A DNA stretch of 64,000 nucleotides from the sequence record PP496444.1; one strand, 5' to 3'. Below, in pieces: positions 10,601 through 18,325 of this stretch. The notes under the pieces were generated by a model. That model was not told the origin of the DNA. It did no database searches and saw nothing but the letters and a program-made list of their open reading frames with translations. Both the position numbers and the translations under genes were made by a program. The stretch's first letter is position 1. Each line of letters begins with the position of its first letter.

Positions 10601-10696
10601 CTTTATAACTTGAGGATTTCGGTAACACGAGAATACATAATCAGGATTGCGCACCATATCAGCATGGGGCATATCGGATATATAGGAGTAGATCAT
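7664..10696 (-). CDS. Highly divergent family-A/T7-like nucleic acid polymerase (TV-Pol-like) with long N-terminal region
   Basis: PRLYQ..LPSSIK pre-motif; motif A YNYDIASCHP (D585); motif B CKKVFISTLYG (K781-Y789 with canonical spacing); motif C EHDG (D974). No exonuclease motifs seen; atypical codon usage. Confidence 0.6.
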   Translation of the reverse strand: MIYSYISDMPHADMVRNPDYVFSCYRNPQVIKALAGLIPDVKYPSRGYPSQALLDSMATYIRHFPEAKAVTDDLPLVQTSVPLIRSHVIKPSLDASENLLANGKCWLDTKVIGSPTVVTPELGYYILDAYEELVIRMAARGYTPRSNCCYGLAMIISRLVVLFPVLLDRYFKGREAVYDSPTDNAINSMYEMMTGGYYSNAMCREKESKGIPITENDKVKLTLPLTLEGARAFYEWNRWREDKQVDDQSREGKIDVACYLENNGGYLSGEYFDTMDWSTMGEGWGLGTREGERRFEGLFYWDQSDKKTYAWPDVLKCLDQMGIMKLVTEHDIFRGKTKTFRMGESICSFVSEARTRVDRLWRKHTQRVMSGQKMTITQLPSNLVGENTLIPNGIYAFSLSGDVCMVFSSELPDGTVQSRGTRLKHIKTYHSVDHPVPAKVLMRRAALCNRLPYTKPAYAEIAEGIDLSGRLSVPPSLKQYATLLTQKQVEVDLNSLFDAFLAYQRQASTQAVSSVMFLLNKITNPENLRCTQSSLDRSDQLRVSHQSDCVIRVRSPRLYQPNGFSALPSSIKQAIMKDSGYYNYDIASCHPLIVHSLVTRYKDRLNHYVEESVIAKADKVFNSYLNKRWVENLLNLVEIKHPGLLTSMEYMFFTAGEFSTNSGMGSLYDWLSSEYGDGFRIVDGRAVFEDEDDCDPRHSNFGFYQSVNSEDYRGFEDVWEPTTFDKDFHAERFGAEWERCPETEEWRVANKEPVRQSKWLAAVRLNKQGYDGVSTLQSACKKVFISTLYGSNLSTSLGSLRMSRVFKQLVNDLYEGWFESNKKFPYMHPNAKTAMLCKVVEFSYLLMGCAKELADPVVQCVDSLTRMFLRHPDTKESDHPAMPINIDLIARRSSSMRKKLDKTKEEGKDKAHAVMLVNAIGQRAYFYQDKHLGAWINRSERGKAMHFILCGMEQAVMIEFNTKHQDILIAQEHDGMMTDAPLSVEDLKEFTEIAERKIGVPLVLVRKDFA

Positions 10697-10729
10697 GGTA
10701 TAAATCCTATGGAATTCAACCCTATTTAC

Positions 10730-11310
10730 AGAACTACCTTTTGCAGAAAAGTCGGGAAAGTCCTAAAGGTCCCTATCTGTGTTAACTTAACGGATATAGA
10801 GGTGTATACCTACAATCCCTACCCTATATCCGTTATTCAGTCCCTACTGGGATACCTCGAGCTGCGGTAACTCGATCCCACGGTGCGCCCCACCCGGTCC
10901 GATCGAGGCCATACCGCAGGTATCCTAGCTTACCTTTTACTCCCCAGCTTCCTTTCCTTCCTTCATATGCTCCCCAGCTTCTACATAGGCAGTTAGTTCC
11001 TCCCATGCCTCTAGTCCTCCAGCTTCCTCATGCACTTATGCTCTGTAGTACTGATTCCCCACATGCCTGTGAGTTATGCTCTGTAGTCAGGATTCCAGCC
11101 TCCCAGGTGAAAAGGGTAGTCATGTACTGGGCATTCGTCCGGGGAATAGCGCCCGTGAATAGGGCTTCCAGGCGTGCGATATGGGGAGTTTTCCGGGTAT
11201 GGATGAGTCAGTATGGCGGGGGATGGGGATCGAAGCGCCTGCGAGCTTGTAGGAGCCCGTGGTTATTGGCTGGATATGCGGGACTGGGGCGGGGGTTTCC
11301 TGCGGAGGTG
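10730..11310. other. Large non-coding region with hairpins and direct repeats (candidate replication origin or structured element)
   Basis: 12-bp inverted repeat 10788-99/10824-35; nested stems 10850-10925; TCCCCAGCTTC x2; TTATGCTCTGTAGT x2; C/T-rich followed by G-rich tract; no credible ORF. Confidence 0.45.
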
Positions 11311-11344
11311 AAAAAGCCCGCACGGCTTGGGACCGATACGGGCT
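11311..11344 (-). terminator. Intrinsic terminator, large loop
   Basis: GCCCG/CGGGC stem, 18-nt loop, T5 on the minus strand. Confidence 0.65.
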
Positions 11345-11350
11345 CTGGTG

Positions 11351-11848
11351 TTACTTGCGCATCTCTATTGTTGGCTTCTTGGCATCGGGGTTCGGACGGG
11401 GTTTCGGTGCGTCCGTCTGCGTACTGCCCATCCGATGGCTCAGGATGACCTCGTACAGCTCGCCGCCCGGCTTCAACGTGTCGGGGTTCTCAGTATGCAG
11501 CACCGCGATCAGATCCATGATGTCCGTGTTGTGTCCCAGCTCCGCCGACGGTATCATCTGGAATTCCTGATTCACGCCGGGGATCGGATCTTGCGGTCGG
11601 TACAGCGCCACCACCCTGCCTTTGCCCGGCTCGGCGCCCAGCTTGCTGTCGTCTCGCCCCACCCACATCTCACGTGCGCCCGGCACACTGGCTGGCACGT
11701 GTTCAATAGAACCTTTCGGGTAGTGCGCGGAGAAGGTGGCGGTGAACCACCGCAGACTGCCTTTGTAGCAGCGGAACGGTTTGACCTCTCTGGCGTGGCG
11801 GGTCAGCGGGTTATTCAACGGTGTAGAGTGTTCGACGATCAGTGACAT
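11351..11848 (-). CDS. Hypothetical protein
   Basis: 165-aa ORF with RBS (GAGGA), ends at a terminator. Confidence 0.7.
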   Translation of the reverse strand: MSLIVEHSTPLNNPLTRHAREVKPFRCYKGSLRWFTATFSAHYPKGSIEHVPASVPGAREMWVGRDDSKLGAEPGKGRVVALYRPQDPIPGVNQEFQMIPSAELGHNTDIMDLIAVLHTENPDTLKPGGELYEVILSHRMGSTQTDAPKPRPNPDAKKPTIEMRK

Positions 11849-11860
11849 GATGTGTTCCTC

Positions 11861-12397
11861 TTAGTATTTCTTGCTGGCTTGCCGCACGAACGTGAGTGGC
11901 TCGAAAGGTGGTCTCTCAAACCACGATACCGGATTTCCGCGCTGCAATCCCTGCGACCACCCGGCATAGAAGTCTTCCTTAACCGAGGACTGACGGCGGT
12001 TGGTGATCTCAATGCGTCCGGTTGTCATCAGCGTCTTGATGTCCACGAAACCCGCACGCTCAACCTCGATGTCAACTTTGCTCCAGTGCTCTTTCGTCTT
12101 GGCGAAGTCGGACACGGCTTTCGGCTTGAACAGTTTCTTGTCGGTGAAGTACACGGCGGGATTGTTGATCTTACCCAGCTTCCTGTCGGCTTTGCTGGTA
12201 TGATACACGGCCTCTCTAACTACGCTGCCGATATCTGCGGCGCCGATACGTGCACCCAGACACTGCCATACGGTTGGGGAGAAGCACACGCGCAGCGTCT
12301 TGGCGCATTCCTCGTGATTCCTCCCGGATGGCACCTTGGCTTTCAGGGTGACGTGCTTGCCAATGTCTTTTTCAGACACGTGATAAAAGCGTGGCAT
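11861..12397 (-). CDS. Putative ADP-ribosyltransferase-fold protein
   Basis: N-terminal FYHVS, later RVCFS and CLGA, resembling ART strand-1 His and strand-2 Ser motifs. Confidence 0.45.
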   Translation of the reverse strand: MPRFYHVSEKDIGKHVTLKAKVPSGRNHEECAKTLRVCFSPTVWQCLGARIGAADIGSVVREAVYHTSKADRKLGKINNPAVYFTDKKLFKPKAVSDFAKTKEHWSKVDIEVERAGFVDIKTLMTTGRIEITNRRQSSVKEDFYAGWSQGLQRGNPVSWFERPPFEPLTFVRQASKKY

Positions 12398-12444
12398 GGT
12401 ATTCCTCTTGGGATAGTGGTGCGCCGTCCGTGGCGCGTTGTCGC

Positions 12445-12606
12445 TTAGTTGATGGCCGGGAATTCGATCAGCAAATCCTTCACCTCTTGCACCGACAGCG
12501 GCAAGCCGGTGATGGGGTGGATGCGCTCGTCCCGGATAATATCACGCAGCCGCTGGCGCTGCTCACGGGGCGTCTGTGGTTTGCTGGTGGGTTTGCATGA
12601 TGGCAT
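12445..12606 (-). CDS. Small hypothetical protein (53 aa)
   Basis: Manual translation MPSCKPTSKPQTPREQRQRLRDIIRDERIHPITGLPLSVQEVKDLLIEFPAIN; TAGGA RBS; directly downstream of a promoter. Confidence 0.55.
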   Translation of the reverse strand: MPSCKPTSKPQTPREQRQRLRDIIRDERIHPITGLPLSVQEVKDLLIEFPAIN

Positions 12607-12652
12607 GGTATGGCTTCCTATTGGACAGTGGGCGGCATTGTGCCGCGTGGGT

Positions 12653-12682
12653 ATGATAGCAGATGGGAATCATTCGTGTCAA
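12653..12682 (-). promoter_or_regulatory. Sigma70-type promoter with extended -10
   Basis: Minus strand: TTGACA, 18 nt ending TGC, TATCAT. Confidence 0.7.
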
Positions 12683-12701
12683 CACCCGACCGGCACAGGT
12701 G

Positions 12702-12735
12702 AAAAAGCCCACGCAGCGGTTAGGCAGGTGGGCTT
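12702..12735 (-). terminator. Intrinsic terminator, large loop
   Basis: GCCCAC/GTGGGC stem, 15-nt loop, T5 on the minus strand. Confidence 0.7.
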
Positions 12736-12739
12736 GAGA

Positions 12740-13012
12740 TCAAACGAGTTGCAGTGTCGGCGGTGGCTTCACACCTAAGTCAATGACGATGTGCAGTTCA
12801 AGATCTAGTGCCAGTCGAATCGAATCCGAGTATGGCTCTCTGGTCCACGCCCAGACATCGGGTAACGACGTGCGGTAGATATGAGCCACGGTTATCTTCC
12901 ACCGCTCCGGTGCATTCTTATCTCCTACATGCTTTCGGAACTGCGGGGTGAGGAAGGCGATCAACGACTCGTACGTACCTTCCCACACCATAACCTGATT
13001 ATTCCGGGACAT
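12740..13012 (-). CDS. Hypothetical protein, paralogue of 13969-14301
   Basis: Shared W.G..ESL.AFLT, WTR, LG.KP and L.LV motifs. Confidence 0.7.
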   Translation of the reverse strand: MSRNNQVMVWEGTYESLIAFLTPQFRKHVGDKNAPERWKITVAHIYRTSLPDVWAWTREPYSDSIRLALDLELHIVIDLGVKPPPTLQLV

Positions 13013-13337
13013 GAGGACCCACCTTGTTGGTCAGTACCCAGCCGATACTCAGGACCAGACGTGGCCCGTGGCAAAGAACTCGGTGACGGTTGATGTCGGG
13101 ACGGAACAGATTGAAGCGCCCCTTGATCTTGGCTTCGGGACATTGGAACGCGGACGTTGATCCCTTGAGCACGATATTCAACCGCCAGTGCCTCTTGCCT
13201 TCCACCGGATCAACGTGCCACGCGATGCCTTGCTTGTCCATGTACCGGATCAGGTATAAGTCACCCGAGCGCCATTGGAACAGCAGCATCTTGTGGTACT
13301 GCCCTGCACGACCTTGAACCCACTTGGGCCAGTTCAT
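12999..13337 (-). CDS. Minimal 2OG-Fe(II) dioxygenase-like (double-stranded beta-helix) protein
   Basis: Likely start ATG 13337 (TGATG overlap); HVD...RHRV...PRLVLSIG gives the HxD..H..R pattern. Confidence 0.6.
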   Translation of the reverse strand: MNWPKWVQGRAGQYHKMLLFQWRSGDLYLIRYMDKQGIAWHVDPVEGKRHWRLNIVLKGSTSAFQCPEAKIKGRFNLFRPDINRHRVLCHGPRLVLSIGWVLTNKVGPHVPE

Positions 13338-13963
13338 CAACGCTCTACCTGTACTGACTCGATGGCAATGATCTCGGCGCCGATGAGTAGGCTCTTCAGC
13401 CATTCTTCCCCACGCTCGTCTCCGTCCTCGACCTTAGTGTCTCCCATCATAATGAATGGGCACTCGTTGTGCACCTCGAGCCGGTCGTAGACCATACCAA
13501 CCGCAGAGTCGATGATATCCCAACCGGTGCAGTTGCCACCGATCTTAACTTCCATGACAGCACGGAGCAACCCGAATGCGAAGGTCAGCCGTACGGTCTG
13601 GAAGCAATTGCCCATCGTGTAGTACTTGCCCATCTGTTCGTGGTCATAGTTCAACAACCCAGAGGGTACTGGTTTAACCGTCGGCTCTTTGTAGGGTTTG
13701 ATTTCCTTCTGAAGCAGGATACCTACCTCGGAGTCTTTCGAGTTCTTGTCTTTGATGGTGGCTCGGTACACTGTGTCTGTGTCCGTATTGTAAACACCCA
13801 CCTTATCCCTCATCACTGTAATAGACGGCACAGTGGACCAGATGTACTCTTTGCAATGAGCTTGATCTGGGAAAGCGATACCGACGGACTTACCTTCTAC
13901 AATGACCAGCCATGGGCACGGACCGGGATGGGGAAAGCGAAGGGTCTTTTCATTAGTGGTCAT
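13337..13963 (-). CDS. Hypothetical protein
   Basis: 208-aa ORF in a translationally coupled chain. Confidence 0.65.
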   Translation of the reverse strand: MTTNEKTLRFPHPGPCPWLVIVEGKSVGIAFPDQAHCKEYIWSTVPSITVMRDKVGVYNTDTDTVYRATIKDKNSKDSEVGILLQKEIKPYKEPTVKPVPSGLLNYDHEQMGKYYTMGNCFQTVRLTFAFGLLRAVMEVKIGGNCTGWDIIDSAVGMVYDRLEVHNECPFIMMGDTKVEDGDERGEEWLKSLLIGAEIIAIESVQVER

Positions 13964-13968
13964 GGTTC

Positions 13969-14301
13969 TTACCTCGATGGGACAGGATGGTTGATGGGGT
14001 TCACCAGTTTAAGACCGGGTGAACTGGCATTCAGACGTGGTATCGGGTTGATGGTCATCTTGGTCAGTGGCTTCAACCCCAGCACGCGGACTACATCTTC
14101 CGGCAGCTCGGCACGGGTCCAGATAACCACGTTGTCCGACACCGTTGACCACACGTGAATCGGCAGATCGTTGATGGCACGCGCTTCCACCTTGTTCACG
14201 GTCTTCAACCGGTCCAGTGCTTCCTTGGTCAGAAAGGCGGTGAGTGATTCGACGTTGCCCAGCCAGGTCATGGTGGGAATGTTGCGGTTCGCAGTATTCA
14301 T
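13969..14301 (-). CDS. Hypothetical protein, paralogue of 12740-13012
   Basis: Shared motifs with 12740-13012. Confidence 0.7.
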   Translation of the reverse strand: MNTANRNIPTMTWLGNVESLTAFLTKEALDRLKTVNKVEARAINDLPIHVWSTVSDNVVIWTRAELPEDVVRVLGLKPLTKMTINPIPRLNASSPGLKLVNPINHPVPSR

Positions 14302-14507
14302 TGGTCAATCCCTTGATCGAGCGGCATGGAGAGGTGAGCTATGGCCGAGTTCAGCCAGATGATGCGGTTGTTGTAGCGCTGCTTGAGACGGCCGCTCGGT
14401 GGGTTATTACCTTGCAGCACCCCGCACATACGATTCAGCTCACAGCGGAGGGAAGCAATAGCCTGATCAACATGGATGTGCTCAGGATTAGAGTTCTCTT
14501 TGCTCAT
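14298..14507 (-). CDS. Hypothetical protein
   Basis: Start reassigned to ATG 14507 (AAAGGAAAG RBS); ATGA overlap with the next gene. Confidence 0.55.
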   Translation of the reverse strand: MSKENSNPEHIHVDQAIASLRCELNRMCGVLQGNNPPSGRLKQRYNNRIIWLNSAIAHLSMPLDQGIDQ

Positions 14508-14518
14508 GTATCTTTCCT

Positions 14519-14848
14519 TTATTGCGGTTGGGTCAATGCAGATTCGAGTTTCTTGTAGCAGGCTGCGACGATGCCTTTGGACATGCGGTCGGGCAACCAT
14601 GAGTTCTGGAGCATCATATGACTGTAGTGGAACAGATCACCTTGGAGCAACAAGTCGGACAGCTCCATACGATTGGCCAGATGGGTGGAGTATTGCTCAT
14701 CATTAAGATCCACCATCTTCGGACCCCATGTGGCAATCACGGCATTGAGATTGTCAGGAACGACGGCCAATGTCAGCACCGTCTCACCCTTCACGACACG
14801 CAACCCGGCCAGCGTCTTGCTCACATATCGTTCTAGAGTGACGCTCAT
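14519..14848 (-). CDS. Hypothetical protein
   Basis: Start ATG 14848 with GAAGGAAG RBS. Confidence 0.6.
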   Translation of the reverse strand: MSVTLERYVSKTLAGLRVVKGETVLTLAVVPDNLNAVIATWGPKMVDLNDEQYSTHLANRMELSDLLLQGDLFHYSHMMLQNSWLPDRMSKGIVAACYKKLESALTQPQ

Positions 14849-15198
14849 GTGTCTTCCTTCCCTAGCTGGACATTCACACCTTGCCACGTGGTCAGATCAA
14901 CTGACTCACGGGATTTGTACTTCTTCACGAAGTCCGCCATCAGTTCATCCGCGTCCGCTGCGATCTGGCCACGAATCTCTTCGGGTAGCTGCTTGAAGAT
15001 TTCCATGATCATCGGCGCGAACAACTCGGCACCCAGATTGCTATTGGATACCTCGTAGTGCTTGGCAATCGCCATCATCATGCACGAATCTTCAAGCGGC
15101 CATGAAAAGGACACCACCCGAGATGGAGTTGGCAGTACCCTTGTCTTGTGCGTGTTCAACTTGCGGAGTGCGCCCGCAATCATTTCACCTAACCCCAT
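14845..15198 (-). CDS. Hypothetical protein
   Basis: 117-aa ORF, GGAG RBS, overlaps the next start. Confidence 0.6.
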   Translation of the reverse strand: MGLGEMIAGALRKLNTHKTRVLPTPSRVVSFSWPLEDSCMMMAIAKHYEVSNSNLGAELFAPMIMEIFKQLPEEIRGQIAADADELMADFVKKYKSRESVDLTTWQGVNVQLGKEDT

Positions 15199-15207
15199 GA
15201 TGGCTCC

Positions 15208-15846
15208 TTAGATGTCAGCGATGATCTTCAGGATGAACGACCGTGCTGCTTCGTTCAAGGTCTCAATACCTGCCAACGCTTTCTTCTTGGCTGGCTTGTA
15301 CAACCCCAGACGGGATTCGTCAATACCCTCGATGGACCCGTCATAGTTGAAGTCGATGAACTCTGCCGACAACAACCAATAGGCACACGCACGAGACGCA
15401 GCGAAGTGGAACGCCCAGAGCTCGGCAGGATATTCACGCATGACGCCGCGACCTTCATCGTCATGGAGGCAGTACAGAGTATTGTAATCTTTGGGACCGC
15501 CAATGGTGAACTGGAAGGTGCGTTCCCCGATGTCCATCTTTTCGAACTCAGCAAAGTCTGCTTCGTTGAACAGCCAACTAACTGCCTCGATGGATTGAAC
15601 GACACCGCCGATGGTCCAGGTAGAAGTGATGACCGGAGATTCTCCCATGGTGCTGATGCCACCTTTGGAAACGGTCAGGACAGATACGTCGGGGTGCTGC
15701 ATGGTCAGGAACAGGTTGTCGGTTTGAACGTGGAACGGAACAAGTCCGATCTGCATGGACCGCTGGTATTCGTGGCGGCAGTCCAACCTGATGTGCAATT
15801 TCGGCTTGGGCGGGGTGACTCGGGACCGGGTGATCTTGGCTGGCAT
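15208..15846 (-). CDS. Hypothetical protein
   Basis: 212-aa ORF with GAGGA RBS, downstream of a promoter. Confidence 0.7.
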   Translation of the reverse strand: MPAKITRSRVTPPKPKLHIRLDCRHEYQRSMQIGLVPFHVQTDNLFLTMQHPDVSVLTVSKGGISTMGESPVITSTWTIGGVVQSIEAVSWLFNEADFAEFEKMDIGERTFQFTIGGPKDYNTLYCLHDDEGRGVMREYPAELWAFHFAASRACAYWLLSAEFIDFNYDGSIEGIDESRLGLYKPAKKKALAGIETLNEAARSFILKIIADI

Positions 15847-15898
15847 GTTATCTTCCTCGTTGGGTCAGTGGGCGGCTGCTTAGTGGCGCCGTGCTACC

Positions 15899-15927
15899 AG
15901 TATGGACTCATTTACCCAGTCTGTCAA
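15899..15927 (-). promoter_or_regulatory. Sigma70-type promoter with a GGGTAAATG motif in its spacer
   Basis: Minus strand: TTGACA, 17 nt (GACTGGGTAAATGAGTC), CATACT. Confidence 0.7.
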
Positions 15928-15935
15928 GCGCAACG

Positions 15936-15969
15936 AAAAAGCCCACCGCCGGTTAAGGTCAGTGGGCTT
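15936..15969 (-). terminator. Intrinsic terminator, large loop
   Basis: GCCCAC/GTGGGC stem, 15-nt loop, T5 on the minus strand; near-copy of 12702-12735. Confidence 0.7.
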
Positions 15970-15972
15970 GGG

Positions 15973-16632
15973 TTAGAACAAACTCTTTTTCGGTATTCTT
16001 TGTGCGCTGGCTTGCAACTCGTCCAGAGTGATTTGGAACCACTCATACTCTCCGGACGCCAGTGCACCGGTGCGACCTTCCTTGACGTACGCCAGTATGG
16101 CCTTGCGCTGCTCCCCGGCCAGTACATCTGCCCGCTCATTCCCCACGTTGCCTTTGTGACCTCGTACCCACGACACCTTGGCATCGGTTTTCTCTTTCAA
16201 CGCTTTGGCGCACAGCCATAGATCGAAGTTGGCGACCGCCTCCCCATTGGCCTTGCGCCCACCCCGACGCATCCATCCATCCAGATGATGAGTGAACCCC
16301 TTCTGGACGTACTCGCTGTCGGTGATTACCTGAACGGGTCGTGGTACTTGACCGAAGATCTGACGGTGCAGCATGTTATAGCGGAAGGCGTCAGCCATGG
16401 CTGCGATAACACCTGACAGTTCCATACGCGAGATGGTGGTGTCGGTGTACCCAGCGGCACGGTGACTGACCTCCAGTACGTTGGTCAGGTCCTCGAACTG
16501 GGTACGTAACGGCAAGAACACCGGAGCATTAAGATCCACCATGCGGACAGCAGCCCAACCGCCGATACGATCTTTCGATCCACAAGATCCATCAGTGTAG
16601 TACGTCAACGGGATGTTCTTCTTGCCACGCAT
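15973..16632 (-). CDS. rnhA: Ribonuclease HI
   Basis: YTDGSC, SRMEL, ITDSEYV, N.DLW, WVRGHKG..GNERAD. Confidence 0.93.
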   Translation of the reverse strand: MRGKKNIPLTYYTDGSCGSKDRIGGWAAVRMVDLNAPVFLPLRTQFEDLTNVLEVSHRAAGYTDTTISRMELSGVIAAMADAFRYNMLHRQIFGQVPRPVQVITDSEYVQKGFTHHLDGWMRRGGRKANGEAVANFDLWLCAKALKEKTDAKVSWVRGHKGNVGNERADVLAGEQRKAILAYVKEGRTGALASGEYEWFQITLDELQASAQRIPKKSLF

Positions 16633-16641
16633 GGTAGGACC

Positions 16642-17376
16642 TTACTTGGTGATTATCTTGTAGGTGAACAGCGCATCAGACAGGATACGATGAAACCTTT
16701 CGGCTTTGCTTACGAACAGGTCAGCAAGCGCTTCCGCATTCAGCTTCCGGTCGATCTGCCGAACGGCGCCGTCACCCATCACGTAGCCTTGATCCTGATC
16801 GCGAGTGCGTTCCTTGTCTTTCAGGATCGACAGGGTGATCGTGCTGCCGTAGCGAAACATGATCTGAGCGCGTCCGTGCGTGGTGCTCTGGATACGATCA
16901 ACGCTGTCCACTACCGTCTTCCCGTACGTCTGTGCAGCTTCCATGACGTGAGCAATCATCGGAGATGCATAACCGGGAGTGCACGCATAGCTAGAGCATT
17001 TCTGCCCCAAGGTATGCTTCAACGGGTTGAACAACTGGAAGGCTACTGCACTCGACAAAGAGTGCAGCCTGTTTTGGATATCGCCCTTGTCCGCCATGAC
17101 GTGCCAATTACGCAGTAAGATTCGGGACTCACTACGCAGCAGGTTTGGTAACTTCAAGAGTTCCACCAGCTCATCTTCTTGCAGCAAATGGCAATCTACG
17201 ATGAACGTACGGGCTTTATCTACCCACTGCCTGGGGTTGGTGTGGTAGCTCTGTTGAAACCCGAAAAGTCTAAAAGGATGTAGGCTCACACTCTTGGCTT
17301 GCAAGCTATCCAGATCGGTAAGGTTGTACAACGACTCGGGGTGATCATCGTTCGTGATTAAGGTAATATGATTCAT
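16642..17376 (-). CDS. Hypothetical protein
   Basis: 244-aa ORF in an operon. Confidence 0.65.
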   Translation of the reverse strand: MNHITLITNDDHPESLYNLTDLDSLQAKSVSLHPFRLFGFQQSYHTNPRQWVDKARTFIVDCHLLQEDELVELLKLPNLLRSESRILLRNWHVMADKGDIQNRLHSLSSAVAFQLFNPLKHTLGQKCSSYACTPGYASPMIAHVMEAAQTYGKTVVDSVDRIQSTTHGRAQIMFRYGSTITLSILKDKERTRDQDQGYVMGDGAVRQIDRKLNAEALADLFVSKAERFHRILSDALFTYKIITK

Positions 17377-17394
17377 GGTAGGGTACCTGGGTGC

Positions 17395-17703
17395 TTACAA
17401 CTTCTGAGGACTGACGGTGACGACACGAATATCGGCCACGCCAGCACTGATCTGCAGCTCTACTTTTATGAACAGGCTCTTGTCCTCGTTGGTGTAGTAG
17501 AACACCCCGTTGGTTCGCTTGAGGAAGAACTTGCCTTTGTTCTCACTGCGGTACACAGTGAAATCTTCCATGTTGTCTTTCTTGAACCTGGTGTAGATCA
17601 TTTCACTGGTCATCTTGGCGACGGCTTTCGTACCGAGGTCATCCAAGTCCCACTTGATGCCTACACCGGCGGACTGTTGCACGAAACTTGCGAGGGTAGT
17701 CAT
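17395..17703 (-). CDS. Hypothetical protein
   Basis: 102-aa ORF with ATGA overlap. Confidence 0.65.
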   Translation of the reverse strand: MTTLASFVQQSAGVGIKWDLDDLGTKAVAKMTSEMIYTRFKKDNMEDFTVYRSENKGKFFLKRTNGVFYYTNEDKSLFIKVELQISAGVADIRVVTVSPQKL

Positions 17704-18176
17704 TTGGTCTCCAACACCCGAATGAAATCGAGTGGGTCTTTAACGATGGGTAAGAAGCAGTGGCGGACACTTTCAAGTCCTGTCTGCGACGGATGCGGGT
17801 CATGGATGATCTCGCCGTCGTACATGACGACCATGTGCATACAGCCGCGCTTAGACATCCCACCGGCCAGATACAACGTCGGAAGCGCCACGTGCATGTC
17901 TCGCCGCCACAAGTGCATGCCCCGTGACTCGAACGCCTCTTCCAAGTTGCGCCAGAAGGCGTACGTGCGCTGTTCCTCGATCAGCTCCGGATCTTCGTGG
18001 CCCGGATAGAACCTACCGATCTGTTCAAGGGTGAGCCCGAACAAGGTGGCCACCGATGCTTCGGTACAGTTTCCTGCTCCGGGATTGCTGCTGTCGAAGA
18101 AGGTGGTCTGATTGACCCGACGCGCCATGGGCAGCAAAGCCACTGCGTCTTCCTTGCAATAGAAATCTACGCTCAT
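17700..18176 (-). CDS. Putative C39-like papain-fold peptidase
   Basis: NQTT..GNCTEASVAT (Cys), MHMVV (His), HDPHP (Asp); start likely 18176 (ATGA overlap). Confidence 0.5.
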   Translation of the reverse strand: MSVDFYCKEDAVALLPMARRVNQTTFFDSSNPGAGNCTEASVATLFGLTLEQIGRFYPGHEDPELIEEQRTYAFWRNLEEAFESRGMHLWRRDMHVALPTLYLAGGMSKRGCMHMVVMYDGEIIHDPHPSQTGLESVRHCFLPIVKDPLDFIRVLETK

Positions 18177-18325
18177 CGTGCTAGCATCCAAAGGCAGGTG
18201 GAGAAACTGAAAGTCTCACGGCATTCAGACCAAGTGAAGTACTCCCAGGTGAATGCGCCGATAATGATCACGGCGATTGCGAGGAACGCCAGCTTAATAT
18301 CTAGCGCCGTATCCTTCTTACTCAT
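18173..18325 (-). CDS. Small single-pass membrane protein (50 aa)
   Basis: Manual translation MSKKDTALDIKLAFLAIAVIIIGAFTWEYFTWSECRETFSFSTCLWMLAR; GAGAGG RBS. Confidence 0.55.
   Translation of the reverse strand: MSKKDTALDIKLAFLAIAVIIIGAFTWEYFTWSECRETFSFSTCLWMLAR

Noticed and set aside
11005-11570. Plus-strand ORFs 11005-11448 and 11259-11570 and minus ORF 11120-11323
   Set aside because: No RBS or motifs, low-complexity composition, and they overlap a terminator and a real minus-strand gene
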